This document shows, one piece after another, positions 1-12,739 of a DNA stretch of 64,000 nt (positions are counted from its first letter, which is position 1; every line of letters starts with the position of its first letter). Source of the DNA: Macrostomum lignano (Eukaryota); contig NIVC01001039.1 of assembly GCA_002269645.1 (NCBI GenBank), positions 1-64,000 on the forward strand, written 5' to 3'. Position numbers and translations under genes: made by a program. The notes under the pieces are model-generated. The model was not told where the DNA came from. It did not search any database and saw only the letters and a program-made list of their open reading frames with translations.

Positions 1-194
1 AAATTTGTTTCAAACTGGGGGGGGGGCTTGACTGAAAGTTTTCGTGAGAGTTCACCTGCAGACCATTCCGCTATCATAAGACCGCACCCGAAGAATCGAA
101 CCCCCGGGACCCCGTACACCTGCTAAGCTCAATCATGACTTGCGCGTTAAATTCTCTTGATTTCATTCGTAATTTTTAACTTCTTAACACTCAG

Positions 195-441
195 AGCGCA
201 GAGCAGCCAGCAGAAGCAGCAGCAGCAGCAGCAGCAGCCACAACCCCAGCCTCCGCAGCAGCAGCGCAGCGGCGGCTCGCCAGTCAGGATCTGGACTTTC
301 CCGACATCGCCAGCCATCGACTCTGACGACAGCGGCGCGGCTTCGCCAACCTCGGCGTCGTCAGGCGAAGAGGAGGCCGCCTCGTCGGAGGCTGTTCTTC
401 TTCGTCTTCGTCGACAAACACGACAGGGTCGAATCGGTTCC

Positions 442-477
<36 letters not shown>

Positions 478-643
478 ACAGAGACAGCGGGAAGCGCAGC
501 GGCGGCGGTCGCCTCGAAGGGGCAGGCGCTACTGACGTCTCTGCTGACTGGCGATAGGCAGCGCGGCCGCTACCGTCGGGTGCCTCTGCAGTGCGCCCGG
601 ATGACGCCGTCAGAAAATCAGAGGCTGTTGAGCCAGGCGGTGG
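195..643 (+). CDS. Probable low-complexity N-terminal exon of the Mint/X11 gene (poly-Gln, poly-Ala)
   Basis: GC-rich open frame (ORF 157..666) starting after acceptor aacactcag at 194. A phase-1 donor candidate (G|gtagta at 643/644) would join the phase-1 acceptor at 2794. There is no recognisable domain, so linkage to Mint is inferred from position and phase only. Confidence 0.45.
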
Positions 644-964
644 GTAGTAGCTCTGGCATGTTTTAATTGTTGTTTTGTCGCGGTTACCAAGGCCTAACCT
701 AAGGGTAAGAGTACCTGAATAGCTAGTACCTGAATAGCTAGTACCTGAAAAAAGAGTAGCATGCTGTACATGCTACATCAAAGGAATGGTAATCTTTACT
801 GCCAGAGATCAAATGCAGTCATTGATTTTGTGAAAAAATGATTTTCATATCTCTACAGTGTATTTTTTTCCAAGAAATTGGCCTCCTAAAAATTACACGA
901 ACTTTTGGGTTTTACGTATTGTGATACTACAGGGCAAGTAATAGGGGTCCTTGCTGTATAGGGA

Positions 965-1140
965 AAGAATCGGCGGAAAAGAATCGGCGGACAGGCATCA
1001 ATGGACAGGCATCAGTGAACGGGATCAGTGGACAGGCATCAGTGGACAGGCATCGGTGGACAGGCATCGGTGGACAGGAATCGGTGGACAGGAATCGGTG
1101 GAAAGAATAGAAAATGTGTCAGTGGACAAGCTTCAATGGA
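965..1140. repeat. ~14-bp tandem repeat (tcggtggacaggca)
   Basis: About 10 degenerate copies seen directly. Confidence 0.8.
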
Positions 1141-2389
1141 CAGCTAATATGCATATTGCCGATAAGCTGTAGTCAAAGACAAGAGCATCAACGGACAAGT
1201 TCAGTAGGATAACATGTCAGCCAAACGGCTGATAAAATAACCGACAAGCGCACGGAGAAAGCTGACAAAGCGTAGACAACTGCCTAGAACCGATGACTTG
1301 GGCGATTAGAAACAAGGTTTTAAAAGAATTTCACTTCTAGCCGCGCGGCCAGCCGATCAGAAGCCAGACCGGAGAGAGGGAAAAGCACAAGGTCGAGAGA
1401 TTTCCTGTCGAATCGGGAGTTTATCTTTCGTCCAGATCGCCCCGCCTTGCCAGACCGGCTGTCTGTCTGTCAATTGTCTCCCAGGCTGCCTCCAGCCTCC
1501 CAGCAGGGGTTGGGAGTGGGGGGAGCGCGAGCGTTTAGAGGGGAATAAAACTCGGGCAAGATATCCCCCGCATAGTCCACTCAGCCGTCGCGTGCTGGAA
1601 ATTCCGTGTCCGTTAAGTTTTTGCTGCTGCCCTAAGCTATCCGCTGCTCCTTCCGAATTTTTGTTTCACTCAGCTCCACTGCCGCGGGGAAGCCCGCTCT
1701 CAGCTGCTGCTCCCGGGGCATCGACTCGCCTCTCTCCGCTGTTATTCTCTTCCTTTTTGCTTTGCTAGCCCCAGCCTCGACAGCTCCGGGCCTAATTATG
1801 TTAATTATGCCGCTTACTGCCCGCCTCGGCTCCCAGTGCAAAGCGGATTACCCGACAGGCAGTCCGCTCCAAGCCAGCCCTGCACTGCTCTGCCCCTGAG
1901 CAATGGGACCAACACCAACACCAACCCCGTTCAAAAAAATCGCGCCACCCCCTATTCACAGCCGCTCTTCTCGGCATCATTCGAATCCGAATGGGAAGCT
2001 GGAAATCCCTGTGTCTTCATCCGGCCGAGCCCCCCCTGCCCGATCCGCCTGCCTTAGATAGGCGTCCGACTCAATGACTCCGCGCTCTTTCCTCCCCACG
2101 TCCCCTCTTCCCCGCTCTTATCCCCGCTCTTACTCATCCGCCATGCTTGGCTCAGCCTCCCACTGACCTCGCTTATCCAAAACGCCAGCAATTTATCTTA
2201 CTCTGTCTGGGCGGGAAGGCCAAGCTTACAAATAAAAATAAACCGAATACTAAAGGAAGCACTTATATTTGTTGCCATTGAGTGCTTTGCTGTTTTGCAG
2301 CTTGGCACCCGCCATCAGTTTGCTGCCCAGCCATCAAGAGATGCTGAATTCCCTGTGTGCTAAACTGCGGCAGGACCACCGGCTCCGCT

Positions 2390-2775
2390 CACTCCGCTCC
2401 TCCACCCACCCACTCCACTACCCACCCCACTCCCCACCCACCCCATTCCTCCACCCACCCCACTCCTCCACGCACCCCATTCCTCCACGCACCCCATTCC
2501 TCCACGCACCCATTCCTCCACGCACCCCATTCCTCCACCCACCCACTCCTCCACGCACCCCATTCCTCCACCCACCTCACTCCTCCACACACTCCACTCC
2601 TACACCAACCGCACTCCTACACCAACCGCACTCCTACACCAACCGCACTCCTACACTAACCTCACTCCTACACCCACCACACTCCTCTAGCCGCCTCACT
2701 CCTACACCCATCTCACTCCTCCACCAACCTCACTCGATCCTACATCAAACTCACTCCTCCACCCACCTCACCCAC
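2390..2775. repeat. C/A-rich degenerate repeat (ccactcctccac..) immediately upstream of a Mint exon
   Basis: Seen directly; it generates spurious HP-rich ORFs. Confidence 0.8.
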
Positions 2776-2793
2776 ATTAACCCAATTGCGCAG

Positions 2794-5700
2794 ATGGCGG
2801 CTCCTCCAGACAGCCCGCATCAGCATCGACCGCTGACTGCTATGACAGCGACGGCGACACGGACGGCCTGTTGAAGAAGCCCTACTGTCGGGAGGTACGG
2901 CTGCACATCCCCGAGCTGCGGCGCCAGCAGACGCGCAGCGGCTCCGCCGGGTCGGCGATGACGTCATCCACCTCCTCTTCCACTTCCGCTGCCGGCAGTG
3001 AGCCCCGGATCCTCCAGTCGGCGAATACGGCGCAAGGTGGTGCGCAGCAGCAGCCGAAGAAGCAGCAGGAGTCCAATGATCAAGCCGATGGCAGCAGCGG
3101 AGAAGGTAGGAGCTGCCTGCCTGCTGCATGCTACTGTCTCTTTCTCCTTGTCTGGTGTCCTGTTTCTCTCAGTCTCTGTCAGTCTCTCTCAGTGTCTCAG
3201 TCTCTCTCAGTGTCTCAGTCTCTCTCAGTGTCTCAGTCTCTCTCAGTGTCTCAGTCTCTCTCAGTGTCTCAGTCTCTCTCAGTATCTCAGTCTCTCTCAG
3301 TGTCTCAGTCTCAGTCAGTGTCTCAGTCTCTCTCAGTGTCTCAGTCTCTCTCAGTGTCTCAGTCTCTCTCAGTGTCTCAGTCTCTCTCAGTGTCGCAGTC
3401 TCTCTCAGTGTCTCAGTCTCTCTCAGTGTCTCAGTCTCTCTCAGTGTCTCAGTCTCTCTCAGTGTCTCAGTCTCAGTCAGTGTCTCAGTCTCTCTCAGTG
3501 TCTCAGTCTCTCTCAGTGTCTCAGTCTCTCTCAGTGTCTCAGTCTCAGTCAGTGTCTCAGTCTCTCTCAGTGTCTCAGTCTCTCTCAGTGTCTCAGTCTC
3601 TCTCAGTGTCTCAGTCTCTCTCAGTGTCTCAGTCTCTCTCAGTGTCTCAGTCTCTGTCAGTCTCTCTCAGTCTCTCTCAGCCCCTCTCAGCCCCTCACAG
3701 TCTTTCACAGTCTCTCTCAGTCTCTTACAGTCTCTCACAGTCTCTCTCAGTCTCTCTCAGTCTCTCTCAGTCTCTCACAGTCTCTCACAGTCTCTCTCAG
3801 CCCCTCTCAGCCCCTCACAGTCTCTCACAGTCTCTCTCAGTCTCTTACAGTCTCTGTCAGTCTCTGTCAGTCTCTGTCAGTCTCTGTCAGTCTCTGTCAG
3901 TCTCTCCCAGTCTCTCACAGTCTCTCTCAGTCTCTATCAGTCTCTCACAGTCTCTCACAGTCTCTCACAGTCTCTCTCAGTCTCTCTCAGTCTCTCACAG
4001 TCTCTCACAGTCTCTCACAGTCTCTCCCAGTCTCTCACAGTCTCTCTCAGTCTCTATCAGTCTCTCACAGTCTCTCACAGTCTCTCACAGTCTCTCTCAG
4101 TCTCTCTCAGTCTCTCACAGTCTCTCACAGTCTCTCACAGTCTCTCTCAGTCTCTCACAGTCTCTCTCAGTCTCTATCAGTCTCTCACAGTCTCTCACAG
4201 TCTCTCACAGTCTCTCTCAGTCTCTCTCAGTCTCTCACAGTCTCTCAGTCTTTTCCCTTTCTCTTTCAGTCTCTCATATGCTAAAGTACCTCTATGTATG
4301 CATACTTACTTTCTAAACACTTATATAGTAACCGAAACTATAAAAGTGGTTAATAGTTTATTTAAGCAACCTCAACGTCTGTACTATGCGGCTTTTAAAA
4401 GACGCCTCATATGCTTTGAAATATTTCAGAGTCTACAGCCAAAACGTCAACTCTTTGCTGTTCAAAAAAGCCGTCGGCCCCTAAAATTAGAAATCTCATT
4501 CAGGAATCAAAACTGCGGCATTTGCATCAGAGGCGAATGCAATTTAGGATTTCGGATTTAGAATGGAAGAGAATTTAGGGCGCAAGAAAAATAAAAAATT
4601 CAGAGGAATTTCGACTTTCTTCTACTGTTCCTCAATTTCCCCTTGACTCTTTCAGGGGGGGGGGATAAACGCCTTGAAAGCATTTCTGACGGGATTCTGG
4701 CTGTGCGGTCTCCATCTTTATTAGTCCTCTTTCGACGCCCGCCCGGCCGCTGATAAGCCAATCTTTGAATTCCTTACCCGGGCCGGCCTCTCCCGCCACT
4801 ATTTTACCCCCCCCCTTCTCTGTGCTTTTCATTCCTCCGCAGCCTCTCAAAGTCCCGCCCAGTTTGTTCCCACGCCGAATTTTGCTGCCGAATTTCTCCC
4901 ACTCTCTCTCTCTCCTGCCCCACCCCCCGTTTCCCGACTCCGGGCTCCCGGAGGTCAGGCAGCGGCGGCTTGCGCTGTCACGCTCGTTCGGCTTTCAGCA
5001 GATGATTATTTTCTTTAACACTGCCCACCCGCCTGTGTCCCCCAGCCCGCAGGCCGCCTGTCTGCGCAGATAGGGATTCCGTGTTCTGCACTTGTCTGTC
5101 AACTTTTTCAACTCTCATCCCTTCTTTTAGTGTTCTTCTTTCGCAGTTGTGACTCAACTTTTGCTTCCTATATGTTTCGGCTGCTATTCATTTCCTACTC
5201 GTAGATCGCTTTTTAGGGCGCCTTCCTACGAGTCTAGCTGCTGTGAACGATAAAATAACATTTTGCGAACAAAAATGTGCCTATCGCGTCAAAGTTTCCG
5301 ATTACACTACTGGGACAAGTAGCAATCAACGATTTTCTTCATTTGCAACAGTGCTGATCGAGGGCCTGCTGTTCAGGGCGCTGTACCTCGGCTCTACCCA
5401 GCTGGTCACCGAGGGCCAGCCCGGCAAAGCCGCCAGGATGACGCAAGCGCAGGAGGCTGTGAACAGGGTCAAGGTGGGTGTCCGAGCTGGAGCACTGATG
5501 AGCATCCTGCTACATCTTTACGTCTCAGTCACCAGCCTCCCAGATCTCCACTTACTGGGCCAACGCCACCCTCTCAGATCCTCAGTTGCTGAGCCAGCCT
5601 CCCAGATCCTCAGTTGCTGAGCCAGCCTCCCAGATCCTCAGTTGCTGGGCCAGCCTCCCAGATCCTCAGTTGTTGGGCCAGCCTCCCAGATCCTCAGTTT

Positions 5701-8700
5701 CTGGGCCAGCCTCCCAGATCCTCAGTTGCTGGGCCAGCCTCCCAGATCCTCAGTTGCTGGGCCAGCCTCCCAGATCCTCAGTTGCTGGGCCAGCCTCCCA
5801 GATCCTCAGTTGCTGGGCCAGCCTCCCAGATCCTCAGTTGCTGGGCCAGCCTCACAGATCCTCAGTTGCTGGGCCAGCCTCCCAGATCCTCAGTTGCTGA
5901 GCCAGCCTCTCAGATCCTCAGTTGCTGGGCCAGCCTCCCAGATCCTCAGTTGCTGGGCCAGCCTCCCAGATCCTCAGTTGCTGGGCCAGCCTCCCAGATC
6001 CTCAGTTGTTGGGCCAGCCTCCCAGATCCTCAGTTTCTGGGCCAGCCTCCCAGATCCTCAGTTGCTGGGCCAGCCTCCCAGATCCTCAGTTGCTGGGCCA
6101 GCCTCCCAGATCCTCAGTTGCTGGGCCAGCCTCCCAGATCCTCAGTTACTGGGCCAGCCTCCCAGATCCTCAGTTGCTGGCCAGCCTCACAGATCCTCAG
6201 TTGCTGGGCCAGCCTCCCAGATCCTCAGTTGCTGAGCCAGCCTCTCAGATCCTCAGTTGCTGGGCCAGCCTCCCAGATCCTCAGTTGCTGGGCCAGCCTC
6301 CCAGATCCTCAGTTGCTGGGCCAGCCTCCCAGATCCTCAGTTGCTGGGCCAGCCTCCCAGATCCTCAGTTGCTGTGCCAGCCTCCCATATTCTCAGTTTC
6401 TGGGCCTCTCCAGATACCCAGTTACTGGGCCAGTCTCCCAGATCCTCAGTTGCTGGGCCAGCCTCCCAGATCCTCAGTTGCTGGGCCAGCCTCCCATATT
6501 CTCAGTTTCTGGGCCTCTCCAGATACCCAGTTACTGGGCCAGTCTCCCAGATCCTCAGTTGCTGGGCCAGCCTCACAGATCCTCAGTTGCTGGGCCAGCC
6601 TCCCATATTCTCAGTTTCTGGGCCTCTCCAGATACCCAGTTACTGGGCCAGTCTCCCAGATCCTCAGTTGCTGGGCCAGCCTCCCATATTCTCAGTTTCT
6701 GGGCCTCTCCAGATACCCAGTTACTGGGCCAGTCTCCCAGATCCTCAGTTGCTGAGCCAGCCTCTCAGATCCTCAGTTGCTGGGCCAGTCTCCCAGATCC
6801 TCAGTTGTTAAGTTAGCCTCCCAGATCCTCAGTTGCTGGGCCAGCCTCCCAGATCCTCAGTTGCTGGGCCAGCCTCCCAGATGTCAGTTGCTGAGCCAGC
6901 CTCTCAGATCCTCAGTTGCTGGGCCAGCCTCCCAGATCCTCAGTTGCTGGGCCAGCCTCCCAGATCCTTAGTTGCTGGGCCAGCCTCCCAGATCCTCAGT
7001 TGCTGGGCCAGCCTCCCAGATCCTCAGTTGCTGGGCCAGTCTCCCAGATCCTCAGTTGTTAAGTTAGCCTCCCAGATCCTCAGTTGCTGGGCCAGCCTCC
7101 CAGATCCTCAGTTGCTGGGCCAGCCTCCCAGATCCTCAGTTGCTGTGCCAGCCTCCCATATTCTCAGTTTCTGGGCCTCTCCAGATACCCAGTTACTGGG
7201 CCAGTCTCCCAGATCCTCAGTTGCTGGGCCAGCCTCCCAGATCCTCAGTTGCTGGGCCAGCCTCCCATATTCTCAGTTGCTGGGCCAGCCTCCCAGATCC
7301 TCAGTTACTGGGCCAGCCTCCCAGATCCTCAGTTGCTGGGCCAGCCTCCCAGATCCTCAGTTGCTGAGCCAGCCTCCCAGATCCTCAGTTTCTGGGCCTC
7401 TCCAGATACCCAGTTACTGGGCCAGTCTCCCAGATCCTCAGTTGCTGGGCCAGCCTCCCAGATCCTCAGTTGCTGGGCCAGCCTCCCATATTCTCAGTTT
7501 CTGGGCCTCTCCAGATACCCAGTTACTGGGCCAGTCTCCCAGATCCTCAGTTGCTGAGCCAGCCTCCCAGATCCTCAGTTGCTGGGCCAGTCTCCCAGAT
7601 CCTCAGTTGCTGGGCCAGCCTCCCAGATCCTCAGTTGCTGAGCCAGCCTCTCAGATCCTCAGTTGCTGGGCCAGCCTCCCAGATCCTCAGTTGCTGAGCC
7701 AGCCTCTCAGATCCTCAGTTGCTGTGCCAGCCTCCCAGATCCTCAGTTGCTGGGCCAGCCTCCCAGATCCTTAGTTGCTGGGCCAGCCTCCCAGATCCTC
7801 AGTTGCTGGGCCAGCCTCCCAGATCCTCAGTTACTGGGCCAGTCTCCCAGATCCTCAGTTGCTGAGCCAGCCTCTCAGATCCTCAGTTGCTGGGCCAGTC
7901 TCCCAGATCCTCAGTTGTTAAGTTAGCCTCCCAGATCCTCAGTTGCTGTGCCAGCCTCCCAGATCCTCAGTTGCTGGGCCAGCCTCCCAGATCCTTAGTT
8001 GCTGGGCCAGCCTCCCAGATCCTCAGTTGCTGGGCCAGCCTCCCAGATCCTCAGTTACTGGGCCAGTCTCCCAGATCCTCAGTTGCTGAGCCAGCCTCTC
8101 AGATCCTCAGTTGCTGGGCCAGTCTCCCAGATCCTCAGTTGTTAAGTTAGCCTCCCAGATCCTCAGTTGCTGGGCCAGCCTCCCAGATCCTCAGTTGCTG
8201 GGCCAGCCTCCCAGATCCTCAGTTGCTAAGCCAGCCTCTCAGATCCTCAGTTGCTGGGCCAGCCTCCCAGATCCTCAGTTGCTGGGCCAGCCTCCCAGAT
8301 CCTTAGTTGCTGGGCCAGCCTCCCAGATCCTCAGTTGCTGGGCCAGCCTCCCAGATCCTCAGTTACTGGGCCAGCCTCCCAGATCCTCAGTTGCTGGGCC
8401 AGCCTCCCAGATCCTCAGTTGCTGAGCCAGCCTCCCAGATCCTCAGTTGCTGGGCCAGCCTCCCATATTCTCAGTTTCTGGGCCTCTCCAGATACCCAGT
8501 TACTGGGCCAGTCTCCCAGATCCTCAGTTGCTGAGCCAGCCTCTTAGATCCTCAGTTGCTGGGCCAGTCTCCCAGATCCTCAGTTGCTGGGCCAGCCTCT
8601 CAGATCCTCAGTTGCTGGGCCAGTCTCCCAGATCCTCAGTTGTTAAGTTAGCCTCCCAGATCCTCAGTTGTTAAGTTAGCCTCCCAGATCCTCAGTTGCT

Positions 8701-11700
8701 GGGCCAGCCTCCCAGATCCTCAGTTGCTGGGCCAGCCTCCCAGATCCTCAGTTGCTGGGCCAGCCTCCCAGATCCTCAGTTGCTGGGCCAGCCTCCCAGA
8801 TCCTCAGTTGCTGGGCCAGCCTCCCAGATCCTCAGTTGCTGGGCCAGCCTCCCAGATGCTCAGTTGCTGGGCCACCGCCGCTTTCCCAGTACCGCGATTC
8901 CCTAAATCAAAGACCTCAACCGTCCACCGCCCGCCAAGGCGCCGGATGGAGAGCAGCAGCCCTGCGTCCCAGTCGACCTGTTCATCTCCAAGGAAAAGAT
9001 CCTGGTGCTGAACGCCAACCTGCAGGAGATGATGATGGACCACGCGCTGAAGACCGTGGCCTACATCGCAGATATTGGCAACCTGCTGGTGTTCATGGCC
9101 CGCAGGCGGCTCCTGCACAGTCCGGAGAAGAAGCAGGCCCGCGTTGTCTGCCACGTGTTCGAGACTGACGAGGTGAGTGCGCACTGCCTGAGCTCTGCGT
9201 GTGTGCGCGGACATTCTTATTCATGGAAATAAAGCTTACTATTATCTAATTATTGGAATAAAAATAGCTTTTTATAGTACAGGGGTCGGCAAACTCCGGC
9301 CCGCGTGCCTCTCCATCCGGCCCTCGGGTCCTTTGAAACTTCACCATAGCAATCCGGCCTGCTCAAGGTTTGTATCTCTTCTCAGCGCTCTTCTCTCTAA
9401 TCTCCTCTCTACCCTTTCCTCTCTTCTCTCTTCTCTTCTCTTCGCCCTCCTCTCTCCTCTCCTATCTTCTCTATCATCTCCTCTCCTCTCTCCTCTCTTC
9501 TCTTTTCTATCATCTCCTCTCTCCTCTCTCCTCTCTCCTCTCCTCTCTCCTCTCTCCTCTCTCCTCTCCTCTCCTCTCTCCTCTCTCCTCTCCTCTCTCC
9601 TCTCCTCTCCTCTCTCCTCTCTCCTCTCTCCTCTCCTCTCTCCTCTCTTCTCTATCATCTCTCCTCTCTCCTCTCTCCTCTCTCCTTTCTCCTCTCCTCT
9701 CTCCTCTCCGCTCTCCTCTCCTCTCTTCTCTATCATCTCCTCTCTCCTCTCTCCTCTCCTCTCGCCCCATCTCCTCTTCTCTTCTCTCTCTTATCTCCTC
9801 TCTCCTCCCTCCTCATCTTTCCACTCCTTTCTTCTCCTTTATTCTCTCGCCTCTCCTTTTTCGTTTATCTCCCTTCGTTTTTTTCTATTTTTAAATCGAA
9901 ACTTTATCCGAGATTTTCTGTTCAAATTGATCACGGGAGAACTATAAAAGTTCCAAAGTTCCAACTGCACTTAAACAGGAAGTGAACTTCACTTTCTGCC
10001 CCCACGTGACACTTTGTCTCCAGTGTCTTGTATATTCCAGTTCAAATTGAGTCTTCTCAGTAAGAGACCGTGGTTGTAGCCTAGTGGTTAGAGCATTGGA
10101 CTCATGGCTGGAAGGTCGGGGGTTCGATTCGGTTCGACCCACTCTCGGAACAATTTGTGTCCTTGAGCAAGACACTACTCTACATTGCTTGAGCTATAAA
10201 ATGGGTGCCAGCATTAGCTGGGGTAATTGAGGCTGTGTGTGGCGACCCTTCAGTCATTGGACTGAACAGCCGTACGCAGCCTTCAGATGCGATGTCGGTT
10301 GCACATCAGGCCCGATTGGGGCAGGTGTAATCAATGATTATATTATTATTACTAGGTCGAAACTAGCTGTGTGTTCTTGATTGATTTCGCCACTCGTCCA
10401 TGCTGAAAGTTTCGAATTATTTCGCTATTCTCATTTTTGCTAAAATTATAACCTCACACAGCAAACAGTCCCCGAATAGTCTCGAGGATGATGGAGTCTG
10501 GACGACTTGCTAATGAGGCCCAGTGAACTATACCTTCTCTGTAGTGAAAGCATTCAAAGCACGCATACATGGGTTCTTTTGGGCGCCCTTTTGCTATATC
10601 AATCAATAAATCAATTGATTTCACACTAACCTGCCCCGCCATCCAAAATCAATAAAAACGGCCCTTTTAGAGGCTCAACTATAATCAATGAATAAGTCAA
10701 TTAATTTCACACACACCTGCCCAGATAATAAAAACGGCCCTTTTAGGGCCTCACCTATATTTAGTAAATAAATCATTTGATATCACGCACCTGCCCTGTC
10801 CACCCAAATTATCTGAAAAACGGCCCTTTGAAGGACAGAATCATTATCAATGAATAAATCGACAACTGATATCACACACCTGCCCTGTCCACCCAAATTA
10901 TCTGAAAATAAAAACGGCCCTTTGAGGGGCTCACTCATTATCAATTAATAAATCAGTTGATATCACACACCGCCCCGCCCACTCAGGCCGGCCTGGTAGC
11001 CCAGTCCATCGGCCAGGCCTTCCAATCCGCCTATCTGGAGTTTCTTCGCGCGAACGGCGTCGACCGACCGCATCGCCGAGAGCTGCGGGAGGCCGCCTAC
11101 CAGGACGTGCTGGAAGCGCAGGACCTCCTAGGCGAGGAGCTGGCTCTGTTCAGCCGGCCGGAGACCCAGAAAGAGGTGCTGGTGCCCAAAGCCAAAGGCG
11201 AACCGTTGGGCGTTGTGGTTGTTGAAAGCGGCTGGGGCTCCCTGCTGCCCACCGCCGTGCTGGCCAACATGCAGCCAGCCGGCCCAGCGGCCCGATGCGC
11301 CCAGCTTAACATCGGCGACCAGCTGCTGGCGGTGAACGGGGTCAGTCTGGTGGGCCTGCCGCTGTCCACCTGCCAGCAGCTGCTCAAAGCCTGCCGACCG
11401 AGGACTGCAGTCAAGCTCAGCTTGGTGTCCTGTCCGCCTGTTGTGCAGGTACTCTAGTTTACCTGGCATGGATTGCTAGCCTAGTCAAGATGGATTGCTA
11501 GCCTAGTCAAGATGGATTGCTAGCCTAGTCAAGATGGATTGCTAGCCTAGATGGATTGCTAGCCTAGATGGATTGCTAGTCCACACTAAATGCATTGCTA
11601 GTCTAGACTAGATGGATTGCTAGCCTAGATGGATTGCTAGTCTAGACTAGATGGATTGCTAGCCTAGATGGATTGCTAGCCTAGATGGATTGCTAGCCTA

Positions 11701-12557
11701 GATGGATTGCTAGCCTAGATGGATTGCTAGCCTAGATGGATTGCTAGCCTAGATGGATTGCTAGCCTAGATGGATTGCTAGCCTAGATGGATTGCTAGCC
11801 TAGATGGATTGCTAGCCTAGATGGATTGCTAGCCTAGATGGATTGCTAGCCTAGATGGATTGCTAGCCTAGATGGATTGCTAGCCTAGATGGATTGCTAG
11901 CCTAGATGGATTGCTAGCCTAGATGGATTGCTAGCCTAGATGGATTGCTAGCCTAGATGGATTGCTAGCCTAGATGGATTGCTAGCCTAGATGGATTGCT
12001 AGACTAGATGGATTGCTAGTCTAGATGGATTGCTGGACTAGATGGATTGCTAGCCTAGATGGATTGCTAGCCTAGATGGATTGCTAGCCTAGATGGATTG
12101 CTAGCCTAGATGGATTGCTAGCCTAGATGGATTGCTAGCCTAGATGGATTGCTAGCCTAGATGGATTGCTAGCCTAGATGGATTGCTAGCCTAGATGGAT
12201 TGCTAGCCTAGATGGATTGCTAGCCTAGATGGATTGCTAGCCTAGATGGATTGCTAGTCCAGCCAAGATCCCGAACTGCTGCAGGTGCTAATCCGCCGGC
12301 CAGACGCCAAGTACCAATTGGGCTTCAGTGTGCAAAACGGCGTCATCTGCTCGCTGCTCCGTGGCGGCATCGCCGAACGCGGCGGAGTCCGAGTCGGCCA
12401 CCGGATCATCGAGATCAACGGCCAGTCCGTGGTGGCCACCCCGCACGACAAGATTGTCTCCATGCTGGCCTCCGGAGTGGGGGAGATCCACATGAAAACC
12501 ATGCCGACCTCAGTGTTCAGACTGCTCACTGGGCAGGAGACTCCGCACTATATTTGA
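2794..12557 (+). CDS. APBA1: Mint/X11/LIN-10 family adaptor (PTB + two PDZ domains)
   Basis: Exons 2794-3105, 5352-5473, 8939-9172, 10987-11448, 12285-12557 join in frame with GT..AG ends. PTB motifs: [81 protein letters not shown]1: [30 protein letters not shown]2: [44 protein letters not shown]-terminus [11 protein letters not shown] is typical of the family. The symbol denotes the family; the vertebrate paralogue cannot be assigned. Confidence 0.95.
3170..4250. repeat. Compound minisatellite: 18-bp (cagtgtctcagtctctct) then 10-bp (cagtctctct/cagtctctca)
   Basis: Seen directly in Mint intron 2. Confidence 0.95.
5530..8872. repeat. 28-bp minisatellite (gggccagcctcccagatcctcagttgct), roughly 115-120 copies with variant blocks
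   Basis: Fills almost all of Mint intron 3. Confidence 0.97.
9280..9335 (+). mobile_element. hAT-Charlie-type terminal fragment
   Basis: caggggtcggcaaactccggcccgcg matches the common Charlie/MER58-like terminus. The partner end was not found. Confidence 0.45.
9385..9800. repeat. (CTCTC)n pyrimidine-rich simple repeat
   Basis: Seen directly. Confidence 0.9.
10044..10070 (-). other. Spliced-leader-like 27-nt fragment (antisense, abutting SINE 5' end)
   Basis: Minus strand reads cggtctcttactgagaagactcaattt. It matches the copy at 28120-28145 at 25/26, and matches the M. lignano SL as I recall it (CGGTCTCTTACTGCGAAGACTCAATTTATTGCATG) at 26/27. Confidence 0.6.
10070..10351 (+). mobile_element. 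tRNA-derived SINE
   Basis: A box tagcctagtgg (10077), B box ggttcgattc, central gtgtccttgagcaagacact...tataaaatggg resembling CORE-type SINE bodies, and an (ATT)n tail at ~10338-10351. It lies in Mint intron 4. Confidence 0.75.
10600..10975. repeat. Four degenerate ~90-bp tandem units (cacacctgccc..aaaacggcccttt..atcaatgaataaatc)
   Basis: Repeated blocks immediately before the Mint exon at 10987. Confidence 0.7.
11466..12258. repeat. 17-bp minisatellite (ctagcctagatggattg) filling Mint intron 5
   Basis: About 45 near-perfect copies. Confidence 0.97.
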
Positions 12558-12739
12558 GCATTTTCTGAGTCCCCCTCCTTCCCGGCCGTCCCCGCGTCCG
12601 CTCTGTCCGGTTAGCTGGGCTGCTAATGCTTCATCTCTGTTGCTAGTGCCCTCACTTTGCAGCCGCTTTCACTGCGTCTCTGCATTCGTTTCATGCACTG
12701 CCAATGGCATGTTTTCTGTCTTTGTCTTTCCTGCTTGGT

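Noticed and set aside
2871-4561. Long [12 protein letters not shown] ORFs
   Set aside because: Read-through of a real Mint exon into a stop-free 18-bp/10-bp intronic minisatellite. A canonical donor lies at 3105/3106.
5586-8905. Many overlapping [19 protein letters not shown] ORFs
   Set aside because: The 28-bp (non-triplet) unit cycles through frames and lies wholly within a Mint intron.
10070-10145. Possible tRNA gene (also ~81-130, ~39375, ~53180)
   Set aside because: A and B boxes are present but there is no consistent cloverleaf or acceptor stem. The 10070 copy continues into a SINE body and (ATT)n tail.
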